From contig JAUPSS010000004.1 in the NCBI GenBank assembly GCA_040285825.1, positions 4,493,784-4,557,783 on the forward strand: 64,000 bases of DNA, in the 5' to 3' direction. Under the pieces are notes generated by a model that saw only the letters and a list, made by a program, of their open reading frames with translations, ran no database searches and was not told where the DNA came from. Shown here piece after piece: positions 1 through 9,307 of the stretch (the stretch's first letter is position 1; the number at the start of each line of letters is the position of its first letter). This stretch comes from Eukaryota sp. TZLM1-RC. Lineage: Eukaryota; Protista; Metamonada: BaSk clade. The position numbers were made by a program, and so were the translations under genes.

Positions 1-2123
1 CTAGAACATTCAAAGTATCTGTTGATTCAAGATTAGTGACTTCCAAGTAGCCATTCTCTGAAACAGTGAATGTGTTAGCATTAGCTACATCAGCTACGTT
101 GAAATGGGTATCAACATTGACTTTACCATTATTATTGATTGTTAAATCAAGCAAATGAGAACAGGATTCACTTGATGGAACTTCCAATTTACCTGTTTCG
201 TGAACATTTAAAATGGAGGTATGGGCAGTGAGACAAGGAGATAAATTAATCTTGGCAGACAATTCAATGGTCAAGTCATTCATAACAGCATCACCAGCAA
301 TTGAACCAATATCAGAAAGAATCAGTTTGGCACTAGAAACACCTTGAATAGTACCAGCAGTCCAGGTTAATGTTTCAACTGTTAAAACAGAATCTTCAGT
401 TAGGGTGACTTTGCCATCATCTAAGGTGAATGAAGAAATAGTATTGTTTGTAGAATCAATCTCAACTTGACCATTTTCTAAGAACAAGCTATTGATTGAA
501 GACTTTGTAACTTTAACTAAGCAATCAGAACAGTCGACTTTGAGAGGACTAGTAGCGTCAGTGACAACAGTAGCATGATACACCTCCACATTACCATTGG
601 AAGAAATTGTAATACCTTGATGGTTGATATGATCAGTAAAAACAAAAGAACCTGTTTCTAAAACTAAATCTTCACCAATAGAAAGGTCTTCAAAAGTTAA
701 AATACCAGTGGTTTTAATCGTTCCATTAGCTTCCAAATTTGCGGTAATTCTACTACTGTCAGAACTGGTTTCTAATGTACCTAGAACATTCAAAGTATCT
801 GTTGATTCAAGATTAGCGACTTCCAAGTAGCCATTCTCTGAAACAGTGAATGTGTTACCATTGGCTACATCCGTTACGTTGAAATGGGTATCAACATTGA
901 CTTTACCATTATTATTGATTGTTAAATCAAGCAAATGAGAACAGGATTCAGTTGATGAAACTTCCAATTCACCTGTTTCTTCAACATTTAAAATGGAGGT
1001 ATGGGCAGTGAGACAAGGAGATAAATTAATCTTGGCAGACAATTCAATAGTCAAGTCATTCATAACAGCATCACCAGCAATTGAACCATTATTAGAAAGA
1101 ACAAGTTTGGCACTAGAACCACCTTGAATAGTACCAGCAGTCCAGGTTAATGTTTCAACTGTTAAGATAGAATCTTCAGTTAGGGTGACTTTGCCATCAT
1201 CTAAGGTGAATGAAGAAATAGTATTGTTTGTAGAATCAATCTCAACTTGACCATTTTCTAAGAACAAGCTATTGATTGAAGACTTTGTAACTTTAACTAA
1301 GCAATCAGAACAGTCGACTTTGAGAGGACTAGTAGCGTCAGTGACAACAGTAGCATGATACACCTCCACATTACCATTGGAAGAAATTGTAATACCTTGA
1401 TGGTTGATATGATCAGTAAAAACAAAAGAACCTGTTTCTAAAACTAAATCTTCACCAATAGAAAGGTCTTCAAAAGTTAAAATACCAGTGGTTTTAATCG
1501 TTCCATTAGCTTCCAAATTTGCGGCAATTCTACTACTGTCAGAACTGGTTTCTAATGTACCTAGAACATTCAAAGTATCTGTTGATTCAAGATTAGCGAC
1601 TTCCAAGTAGCCATTCTCTGAAACAGTGAATGTGTTACCATTGGCTACATCCGTTACGTTGAAATGGGTATCAACATTGACTTTACCATTATTATTGATT
1701 GTTAAATCAAGCAAATGAGAACAAGATTCAGTTGATGAAACTTCCAATTCACCTGTTTCTTCAACATTTAAAATGGAGGTATGGGCAGTGAGACAAGGAG
1801 ATAAATTAATCTTGGCAAACAATTCAATAGTCAAGTCATTCATAACAGCCTCACCAGCAATTGAACCATTATTAGAAAGAACAAGTTTGGCACTAGAAAC
1901 ACCTTGAACAGTACCAGCAGTCCAGGTTAATGTTTCAACTGTTAAGATAGAATCTTCAGTGAAAATGACCTTGCCATCATCTAAGGTGAAGGAAGAAATA
2001 GTACTGTCTGTAGAATCAATCTCAACCTGACCATTTTTCAATGCTAAATCATTAATTGTTGAATTTGTAACTTTAACCAAGCAATCAGAACAGTCGACTT
2101 TGAGAGGACTAGTAGCGTCAGTG
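1..2123. repeat. 780-bp coding tandem repeat, about 2.7 copies visible
   Basis: ctagaacattcaaagtatct recurs at 1, 781 and 1561. The third copy matches until about 2123. Copies are near-identical with scattered substitutions. Confidence 0.97.
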
Positions 2124-2761
2124 GATAAGATAGTGTTTATCAACTCTAGTGACCCACCATTAACATCAAAATTGCCATTGTATGTAAGCGCCGCCTTGCC
2201 AATCTTGAGAATTCCAGTGTTAACCATTAAGTCTCCGTTAAACATCAGTGTTCCATCCAGATCAAGACAATTTCCTTCAGGACAGTTGACTTTGATTGTA
2301 GAATCAGAATCAGTGTTGGTCGTGGAAGAAGAACTTGAGCTGAAGGGTAGCTTGACAGGGGAGTGGTGACCAATTACATCCATGGTGGCTCCATTAAGAT
2401 CCATTGTTCCACCATGAAGAATGGACCCTTGAATAACAAACTGTGGCACATTGTCTATTTGTAAAACACCCCAGTTATCAATATGGCCTTCGACAATGAC
2501 TTTCGGAACAGAATCAATGATCAGGGTTCCATCTATGATAACTTTCACGTCATTGTGAACAAAAAATTGATCACAGTCCATGGTATGTTCTATAGTAAGG
2601 GTTTCTTCGGTAGGAATTCTATATATGTACGTAGGTGTTGATCCATCTGACTCGGGGTTGTTGAACCAGTCACACGAGGAACGTATTCCTGATACATTCT
2701 CTGCAATGGTACGGGACACTAAAAGCAAAACAACGACAACACAAAAGCGGGAACTCATCAT
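1..2761 (-). CDS. Large secreted/surface protein with 260-aa tandem repeats (3' end outside window)
   Basis: Hand translation from ATG 2761 (MMSSRFCVVVVLLLVSRTIAENVSG, signal-peptide-like) stays open to position 2. It is missing from the ORF track because no stop is reached. The sequence is T/S/N/G/V-rich and beta-strand-like (LTVETLTWTAGT, LTINNNGKVNV). Confidence 0.85.
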   Translation of the reverse strand, partial: MMSSRFCVVVVLLLVSRTIAENVSGIRSSCDWFNNPESDGSTPTYIYRIPTEETLTIEHTMDCDQFFVHNDVKVIIDGTLIIDSVPKVIVEGHIDNWGVLQIDNVPQFVIQGSILHGGTMDLNGATMDVIGHHSPVKLPFSSSSSSTTNTDSDSTIKVNCPEGNCLDLDGTLMFNGDLMVNTGILKIGKAALTYNGNFDVNGGSLELINTILSTDATSPLKVDCSDCLVKVTNSTINDLALKNGQVEIDSTDSTISSFTLDDGKVIFTEDSILTVETLTWTAGTVQGVSSAKLVLSNNGSIAGEAVMNDLTIELFAKINLSPCLTAHTSILNVEETGELEVSSTESCSHLLDLTINNNGKVNVDTHFNVTDVANGNTFTVSENGYLEVANLESTDTLNVLGTLETSSDSSRIAANLEANGTIKTTGILTFEDLSIGEDLVLETGSFVFTDHINHQGITISSNGNVEVYHATVVTDATSPLKVDCSDCLVKVTKSSINSLFLENGQVEIDSTNNTISSFTLDDGKVTLTEDSILTVETLTWTAGTIQGGSSAKLVLSNNGSIAGDAVMNDLTIELSAKINLSPCLTAHTSILNVEETGELEVSSTESCSHLLDLTINNNGKVNVDTHFNVTDVANGNTFTVSENGYLEVANLESTDTLNVLGTLETSSDSSRITANLEANGTIKTTGILTFEDLSIGEDLVLETGSFVFTDHINHQGITISSNGNVEVYHATVVTDATSPLKVDCSDCLVKVTKSSINSLFLENGQVEIDSTNNTISSFTLDDGKVTLTEDSVLTVETLTWTAGTIQGVSSAKLILSDIGSIAGDAVMNDLTIELSAKINLSPCLTAHTSILNVHETGKLEVPSSESCSHLLDLTINNNGKVNVDTHFNVADVANANTFTVSENGYLEVTNLESTDTLNVL

Positions 2762-3365
2762 CTAAAAATTAAGAATAGTGTTCAAAGAGTCATTTGAAGC
2801 AACGCTGTAGACTTTTACAGCTACTGTAGAATTGTTTGCTAATGGTTGTTAAAGTATGACTTGTACATGTTGAACTTCATTTCTGGTGTCATCAGCAGAA
2901 AAAACAGTGGAATATAAGGTTGACTTTTAACTGAGTTTTTCACTTGGTTTAATGAAAGAAGTAAAGTTGTCAAATCGTATTTGAACAGCCGTACAAGTGC
3001 TGAAATTTTTACAATTGACAACACCTTGTAAGAAATGGCTCTTGTATCTTAAATCGGAAGAGAAATCTATTTGAATATGTGAGTGTCAGATTTGATTTCA
3101 GTTGTTGGCAAAATGGAACACTTACTATGGTATAATGTAATCTTCCTCATTATTGGATCTATGTTCACGATGAATCAGTTTTAAGAATGCTGCTAAATGA
3201 AGAACCGATTTTAGGACCTTTAATGAATAATTAACATTACTGAAGTTTGAAAGGGATAGACAGGGGAAACTTCACATTGAAACAACCTACAAACCAGTGG
3301 AACCAGTGAGATTTACTTATTTATTCATGCAAAGCAGTTTCTTGAATTGTTCGGAGCATGTTTAT

Positions 3366-3527
3366 TGATGATCTAGGGTGAAGGTTTAAACCAAGGTAAA
3401 TGTAAAGTATTTTATTACGAAGGAATAAGGGTTTCCTTCAACTTAAGCGCTAGGGAATACATATAAACTATAATAAACTCTATAGTATATATTTAAAAAC
3501 TACTTATAAAGCTAACCAAGGATAACG
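3366..3527 (-). mobile_element. Solo LTR of Ty3/Gypsy family A
   Basis: Reverse complement reads cgttatccttgg...gcgcttaagttgaaggaaac...ccttcgtaataaa...agatcatca, matching the LTRs at 9308, 16161 and 53371. Flanks are TTAT/TTAC (4-bp TSD, one mismatch). Confidence 0.75.
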
Positions 3528-4043
3528 TTACAAAGCCCTTGGAATTTGCTTGTTTTTGTGACAAACATGGAGTTGTAAATTATAAGCTCTGTTTCGTTAG
3601 TCACTCAGAGCCTACATATTTGATTTCTCATTTGGATAAATAAAGATGCATTTTTATCTTGTAAACTTAAGTTTCAAAATGTGAACATTGGTAATAATCC
3701 TTTTAACTGGTGTTTAATAGAGTCCGTTTGTCAGAAAATGAGCAGTTCATAATGATTATAATTTCTTAACTGGAAATCTTACGTCTTAATTCCCGACTGG
3801 CGGAGAGGTAGCGGGCAGCATTTGAGCAACTGACTGATTTTGCCAGAAATAAGCCTGTCAAAAGCAACGAGTAAACACTCCAATCGACTGAAACCGGCAA
3901 TAACGGAGCCGGCTCCCATTCCTGATCGAAGTGGAATGGCAATGGTATTTCATGAAACATGACAATCATGTGATTATCACGTGACCGAGATTTTGTTTTG
4001 TCTCTCATCACCTATTTCCATTCTTCTAAAACAGTAGTTTACT

Positions 4044-5344
4044 ATGGGTTGTACCAACTGCAGTAACTGTCCTGTGCGATGTGGTCAACCGTCCACAACA
4101 CCAGTTCATCAAGAATCTGAGGCTAAATCAACACCCAATAAATCAGAGCAGCAACCAGTCATACCACGTGAAACTAACTTGCCACCTATTGATGTCAATA
4201 ACCTTCCTGTAACGGTCCCCAAACCTGACGAGCCCGTCAAATGTGTTGTTCTAGTCTCTGGAGGCCTAGATTCCCTCTTGGTAACTAAAATTCTTGCCGA
4301 CATGGGATTGCATGTCATTGTTTACCATGGTATAGTATTTCTTAGTTTTGACCAAAGGTGTTCATGCTTTTGAACCATCTAAATTCAACCGTCATGAATC
4401 TGCACAAAAGTTGAAGGAAAAGGTTCTCGGTCTCGGTGCCAAGGAAGTAGTTCTCATTGAAACATCCATGACAATTCTTGACTTTGTCCGCAATCCTCAA
4501 TATGGTGTCGGTAAATCAAAAGCTAATCCTTGCTTAGATTGTCGTAAAATGAACATCACCAATGCTCTTAACATAATGAAAGAACACGGTGCTGCCTTCA
4601 TTGCTTCTGGAGAAGTAATCGGCCAACGACCAATGTCTCAACGAAAGGAAGCAATGGGTCTCCTTGATAGTGAAATTGCTAAAATGGGATATGCTGGTTT
4701 TGTATTGCGTCCTTTGTGTGCTAAGAACCTTGTTCCTACAATACCTGAAAGATTGGGCTGGATTGACAGAAACAAGCTCTACGATTTTTCTGGAAGAACA
4801 CGAAAACCACAACTGGCACTAGCAAAAAAGATTGGTCTTGGTAAATTTCCATCACCTGGCGGAGGGTGCTTGTTAAGTTTGTTTGCATTTTTTCCATTTT
4901 TTAATTTTAGCTCTCGTTGGACCTGCTAAGCGTATATTAGACTATATTGCAAATGAAACTCCAACAAACCCCATCACAATGACGCACCTCGATTTTCTTG
5001 CTCTTGGCCGTCATTTTAGGTATTCTCCAACTCAAACCATTGTGGTAGCTCGTGATGAAGGCGAATGTAAAAAAGTTGTTGAATTGGCCCCTAAGCATGT
5101 TATGTATTCTGCTTATCCTGCTACAGGCAGTATTGCTGTTGTTTTTGGTCCAATTAGCCCAGACTTTGAGGATTTTGTCTCTGGCGTTGTCCTGTATTAC
5201 TCAAAGAGTAAGAATGACGAAGTGGCAAGTGTTTCTAAATTTGGTGGTGAAGATGAAGTTGATTATTATGATGGTATAAAAATTGGTAATAAGAAGGTGT
5301 TGAAGAGAGATGAATTTGTCGATAAATTTATCGGAATGGAGTAG
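4044..5344 (+). CDS. Prokaryote-type PP-loop tRNA thiouridylase (ThiI/MnmA-like); exons 4044-4329, 4358-4876, 4911-5344
   Basis: Motifs SGGLDS, NPCLDC, SGEVIGQRPMSQ, VLRPL, GRTRKPQ, PSPGGGCLLT and GRHFR. The three ORF-track pieces join in frame after removing GT..AG introns 4330-4357 (28 nt) and 4877-4910 (34 nt), which restores GGCLLT. Confidence 0.85.
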
Positions 5345-5594
5345 ATTTTAGTTTCTAGTATTTAATTCATAAATATGTTTTCATAATTTGAGATTTTGAC
5401 ACAAATCATAATGGTTAGGAAAAGAAGATGTTTATCAATAAAAAAATCAATTTAAGCTGAAATAAGAAAAATCTCAAAAAAAAGAGACATGTACAAAAAA
5501 ATTACATTGACACACAATGAAAAATTACCAGAAATAGCAATCAAAAATCAAAAACTTCACAGAACAAGAACACCAAAACTGAACCTAATTTACC

Positions 5595-6506
5595 TTAATC
5601 AAAATCATCAAATTCCAAAACAACTTTTGATTCAGATTTCACAGGAGCTGCTTCGAACTCATTAAAACTCATTTCCAGATCATCAGAAAGTTCCAACACG
5701 GTGGCAACGTTACCACACCTTCCCATATAGTTTGGGGCCGACCAAACAGTAGTAAGCCTATCATCAAACATCAACATGAATCCATTTGGGCATAGTTGGT
5801 GAGCACGAACGACATGTTCAAGACCGTTATAATGTAAAAATCTGTTCAAAACATCCTCCCCAAAAATCCAGCCAGCACCACGTGGACTTTGACGGAAACC
5901 CTCGTGATCAGGGTCAGGGTCAGCCCACAGAAGATCAGAAATAAGAGACTCAGACACAAGACAACCATATCTATCAATAACTCGAAGTTGGTCTAGAACT
6001 GACAATTGTGGAGAGAGGCCACCGTGGACAGCAAACATAGTGTTAGCAACAACAGCAGAGGGAGGCAGAGCATCAAATACAGACATTAAGCTATTCCATA
6101 CCGTGGGCTTGCCAAATTTAGAGAGGCATTCTGTGTAAAAGCCATAAGTACGGGTAACGGTGCGTGTTTCGTGGTTACCTCTGAGCAAAACTATACGTTG
6201 AGGATGTAATAATTTATAACATAACAGAAGGCAAATCAGTTCAACACCATGAGGTCCACGATCAACAAAATCACCAAGGAAGAGAAAATTAGTGTCTGGA
6301 GGTTCACCAGAGACTTGAAACATTTCTAATAAGTCCAGAAGTTGACCATGAAGATCACCTACGATAGATAGAGGGGCAGGTATTTGTACAACATTGCTTT
6401 CGTCAAGAAAAATTGGCTCAACAAGTTTACAAAGAGAAAGCACATCAGACTCGGAAGGAGTTTCAACACGGTGTAGCTGGCTGATAAGTTTGTGTATGTC
6501 CAGCAT
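5595..6506 (-). CDS. Ser/Thr protein phosphatase catalytic subunit, PP2A/PP4/PP6 group
   Basis: PPP motifs GDLHG, GDFVDRG, RGNHE, HGGLSP, DLLWADP, RAHQL and SAPNY. Confidence 0.95.
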   Translation of the reverse strand: MLDIHKLISQLHRVETPSESDVLSLCKLVEPIFLDESNVVQIPAPLSIVGDLHGQLLDLLEMFQVSGEPPDTNFLFLGDFVDRGPHGVELICLLLCYKLLHPQRIVLLRGNHETRTVTRTYGFYTECLSKFGKPTVWNSLMSVFDALPPSAVVANTMFAVHGGLSPQLSVLDQLRVIDRYGCLVSESLISDLLWADPDPDHEGFRQSPRGAGWIFGEDVLNRFLHYNGLEHVVRAHQLCPNGFMLMFDDRLTTVWSAPNYMGRCGNVATVLELSDDLEMSFNEFEAAPVKSESKVVLEFDDFD

Positions 6507-6765
6507 ATAAGGAAAAAATGAAGAGGAGTGGGTAGTAATTGAACTTCAGTTGATTTAGAAGCTGAAAAATAAATCAACTGAGTTCCATTTTCACCCAGTT
6601 GAACTCTTTTCAAAGTAAAAAATTGTTGATATGTAGTTATTGATATTGACAAATAGGATACAAATGTTTGCCTTTGTGCTTAGAATGTCAAATTGCTGTT
6701 GTAATGTTGATAAAAAACATTTACAATTTATAACCAGTTATGGACATAAATAAGGAGCTATATAT

Positions 6766-7569
6766 CTACTTTTTCTTCTTGCTCTTCTGTGCACCAGCTG
6801 ATTTGGCAGCAGGCTTTTCTTCAGTGGGAACCGATCCACCAGCAATGTCAATAGAACATTCTCCCTTGGATGCATCAGAAAGCTCCCTATTCAGGGGATC
6901 GAAATCACCAGGGGCAATTGCCACATCAAAAACGGCTCCAGAAGAACCATAATTTTCCTTCCGGACATTACAGTATCGATGAACTATAGGAAGACACTTA
7001 CCGAGGTGAGCATGAGGTAGTGAAATAGAACCTTCGATTTCACTCTTTTTCATAGGAATCATGGAAACAATTGTTCTTAAAACCTTGTCCTGGACTTGTC
7101 TTTCAGCTGAGGTGTATGGGTCAATGTTGAGGTGTATGTTTTCAAAGGCTTGCTCAAATCTGGTTACAGGAATAGGAAGTTTGGACTTTGGATCAATATA
7201 GTTCTTATGGAGATATTGAATCATTTGGCGTCTTTTGGTTTCAACTAATTCACGGCGTTCAGCAGTGGTGAGTTGAACTTCTCCTTCCTTGGAAATGATT
7301 TCCATAACCTTCCAGCGATCAGCGGTACCAAAAGTTTCAATGAGCTCGCTGTCCCCAGCGCGTTCGCCTTTGGTAGCGTTGGTGAAAACCTCCTCAACAG
7401 TGATACAGTTCTGGAGGGGGACGTTGGAACCGGGCTTGCGGAAGTTCGCTATCGACCCAGGCTTCGTGATCAGTTCAAAAGTAGATTTGCCATGCGTGTA
7501 TCGTACTATAGACTGGTCCTTCACAGAATTCACATGTCTATCTCTGGGGAAAACTTTGCCGGAAGACAT
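6766..7569 (-). CDS. SBDS/Sdo1-family ribosome maturation protein
   Basis: EVFTNATKGERA, FGT, EGEVQLTTAERRE, IDPKSKLPIP and IDPYTSAERQV match the three-domain SBDS architecture. Confidence 0.9.
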   Translation of the reverse strand: MSSGKVFPRDRHVNSVKDQSIVRYTHGKSTFELITKPGSIANFRKPGSNVPLQNCITVEEVFTNATKGERAGDSELIETFGTADRWKVMEIISKEGEVQLTTAERRELVETKRRQMIQYLHKNYIDPKSKLPIPVTRFEQAFENIHLNIDPYTSAERQVQDKVLRTIVSMIPMKKSEIEGSISLPHAHLGKCLPIVHRYCNVRKENYGSSGAVFDVAIAPGDFDPLNRELSDASKGECSIDIAGGSVPTEEKPAAKSAGAQKSKKKK

Positions 7570-7753
7570 AATAGTAGATGAAAATATCGCATTTCAATTT
7601 AGGTTTCCTCAACATTGTGTGATTTCGTGGCAAGTCACATTTATAGCTAAATGATCAACTTGTAACCCATAACCGCTACATGATATTTTAGAGTAATTTA
7701 TCAAACAACGATGATGCTTTTTGTTATTGGTATACTCTTCGTCGGTTATGTAT

Positions 7754-8716
7754 ATAACAGCGAGTCCTAATTTAATTCATGCTCATTTGTTCTCATCTTC
7801 ACAATTTCATGGTGTTGGGTTTACAAAATCTGCAATTCTTTGACAAGCAACCATTTTCGGTGGTGGGATGGGAAAAACTTATTGTTGTTCTGCTTATTGT
7901 TTAATTAATCAAGCAGCAAGGATTTGTGGTTTGTTTATGAAGTAATTTGCATTATATTATCTTTGCGTCTTCGATCGTTCATTTGGCCAGTTAATCTTCC
8001 CCATGGTCTAATTTGTAAATGTGGGGAGACTGTTATTCCAACCCATTTATTTAATTGTAATCGTTTTTTAACTTTTAGATCAAAAGTTCATGATGCAGTT
8101 CGTGGTCACCCTTATTGTATGTGTAAGGCATACAGGATTGAATTTTTTTAGAACCATCGCTTTCAAACTTGGCTGATGAATTTGACGTTCAATTATTTTT
8201 GGTGATAGTTGCGGTGATATGCCAGTTTCAGGTCTTGGTGGATCATAAATTTTATTGATGTCAGATCTACAGATGTATCAAAAAGCTCAAATGAAAAATT
8301 GACACTTTAGAAATTCACCTTTATGTAAAGTTGAAGAAACCAGAATGATCAAGAATTCTGAAAAAATCAATAATTTCAATTTCAACTCACATACTCAATA
8401 CTTTCTTTGTCCCTTTGCTTTCTCATTATTTTGTACCGTGGGTAAAAGTGCTCCATATTTCTTTGACAATTTCTCTACAATTGTCAAAAATAGACTTGGA
8501 AGAATATTTAATCGAACGTTCTGGCAAAATAGAATTGTTGTTTCTATTATTGACGGAATGTATAGCCTAGTTTCTGGCTCGTTCATAATGCTTGAAAGAC
8601 TTTACAAAGAAAATGATGAAGGCAAATTTTCAATGGTAGATGACGAATTTGAGGAAATTGATTTTTATGTTTATCAATTTCGTGTGAATAGATAAAACAA
8701 TTTTGTTCAAAAAAAA
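7754..8716 (+). mobile_element. 5'-truncated degenerate non-LTR retrotransposon (RLE endonuclease end)
   Basis: CKCG...HLFNC...RSKVHDAVR zinc motif and FWQNRIV. A8 tail at 8709-8716. 9-bp TSD GTTATGTAT at 7745-7753 and 8717-8725. Confidence 0.8.
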
Positions 8717-9000
8717 GTTATGTATGCAATGCCTGAATTCTTCTTCACTAAGGCAGGTATCGCCATATGGAGATTACAAAACAGAATTTTGTTTGAATTA
8801 GAAGGATAAAAATGACAATTGAGATTTACCTAAAGTTCGGTGTTGTTTGATTTTTTTACCACACCGTGTGACAATGTGACATAAGATGTGAACCTTTTTC
8901 ATTTGAGTAAACTAAACTCCATTCTACTGAAACCTCAAAAATTAATGATATTATTTTTGGACTTAGACTCACTTCAATAACCTGTGTGGTTGAACAAATA

Positions 9001-9215
9001 TCCTTCAAGGATTTTCTCGATGACATGTTTACCTGAATCAGGGACTGCGAATGCCCTAAGTATATTAACATCGTTAGGATCGTCAGCAGTATAAATTTTG
9101 TAGTAGCTCTCCGATACTTTTGTTTGTTCACCGGTCGTCAAGTTCATTATTGAAATTATAGAGTTGCAAGGATTTACTATAACTAGATATGTACCTCACC
9201 ATGATCTGTGTAATT
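9001..9215 (-). pseudogene. Fragment of Ty3/Gypsy integrase C-terminus (family-B-like)
   Basis: Minus-strand translation HRSW*GTYLV...KIYTADDPNDVNILRAFAVPDSGKHVIEKIL aligns with HGSWNGPFLV...KIYNADNPQDIEFLKAVAAGDAEKHVIEKIL of the ORF at 25463-27256. Confidence 0.7.
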
Positions 9216-9307
9216 TATTTCATTGTTTTGTATTTTGAAGAGTGTAGTCACCATTATTAAATGTGTTTTCTTTAGTTTCTTTTTTATGACTGGGAATGTT
9301 TACTTGG

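Noticed and set aside
2830-3360. Possible degraded gene upstream of the repeat protein
   Set aside because: Only short stop-ridden frames with no recognisable motif.
3915-3945. GATCGAAG loop resembling the U1-70K binding loop of U1 snRNA
   Set aside because: There is no upstream ACTTAC 5' splice-site-pairing sequence and no U1A loop or Sm site in the right order.
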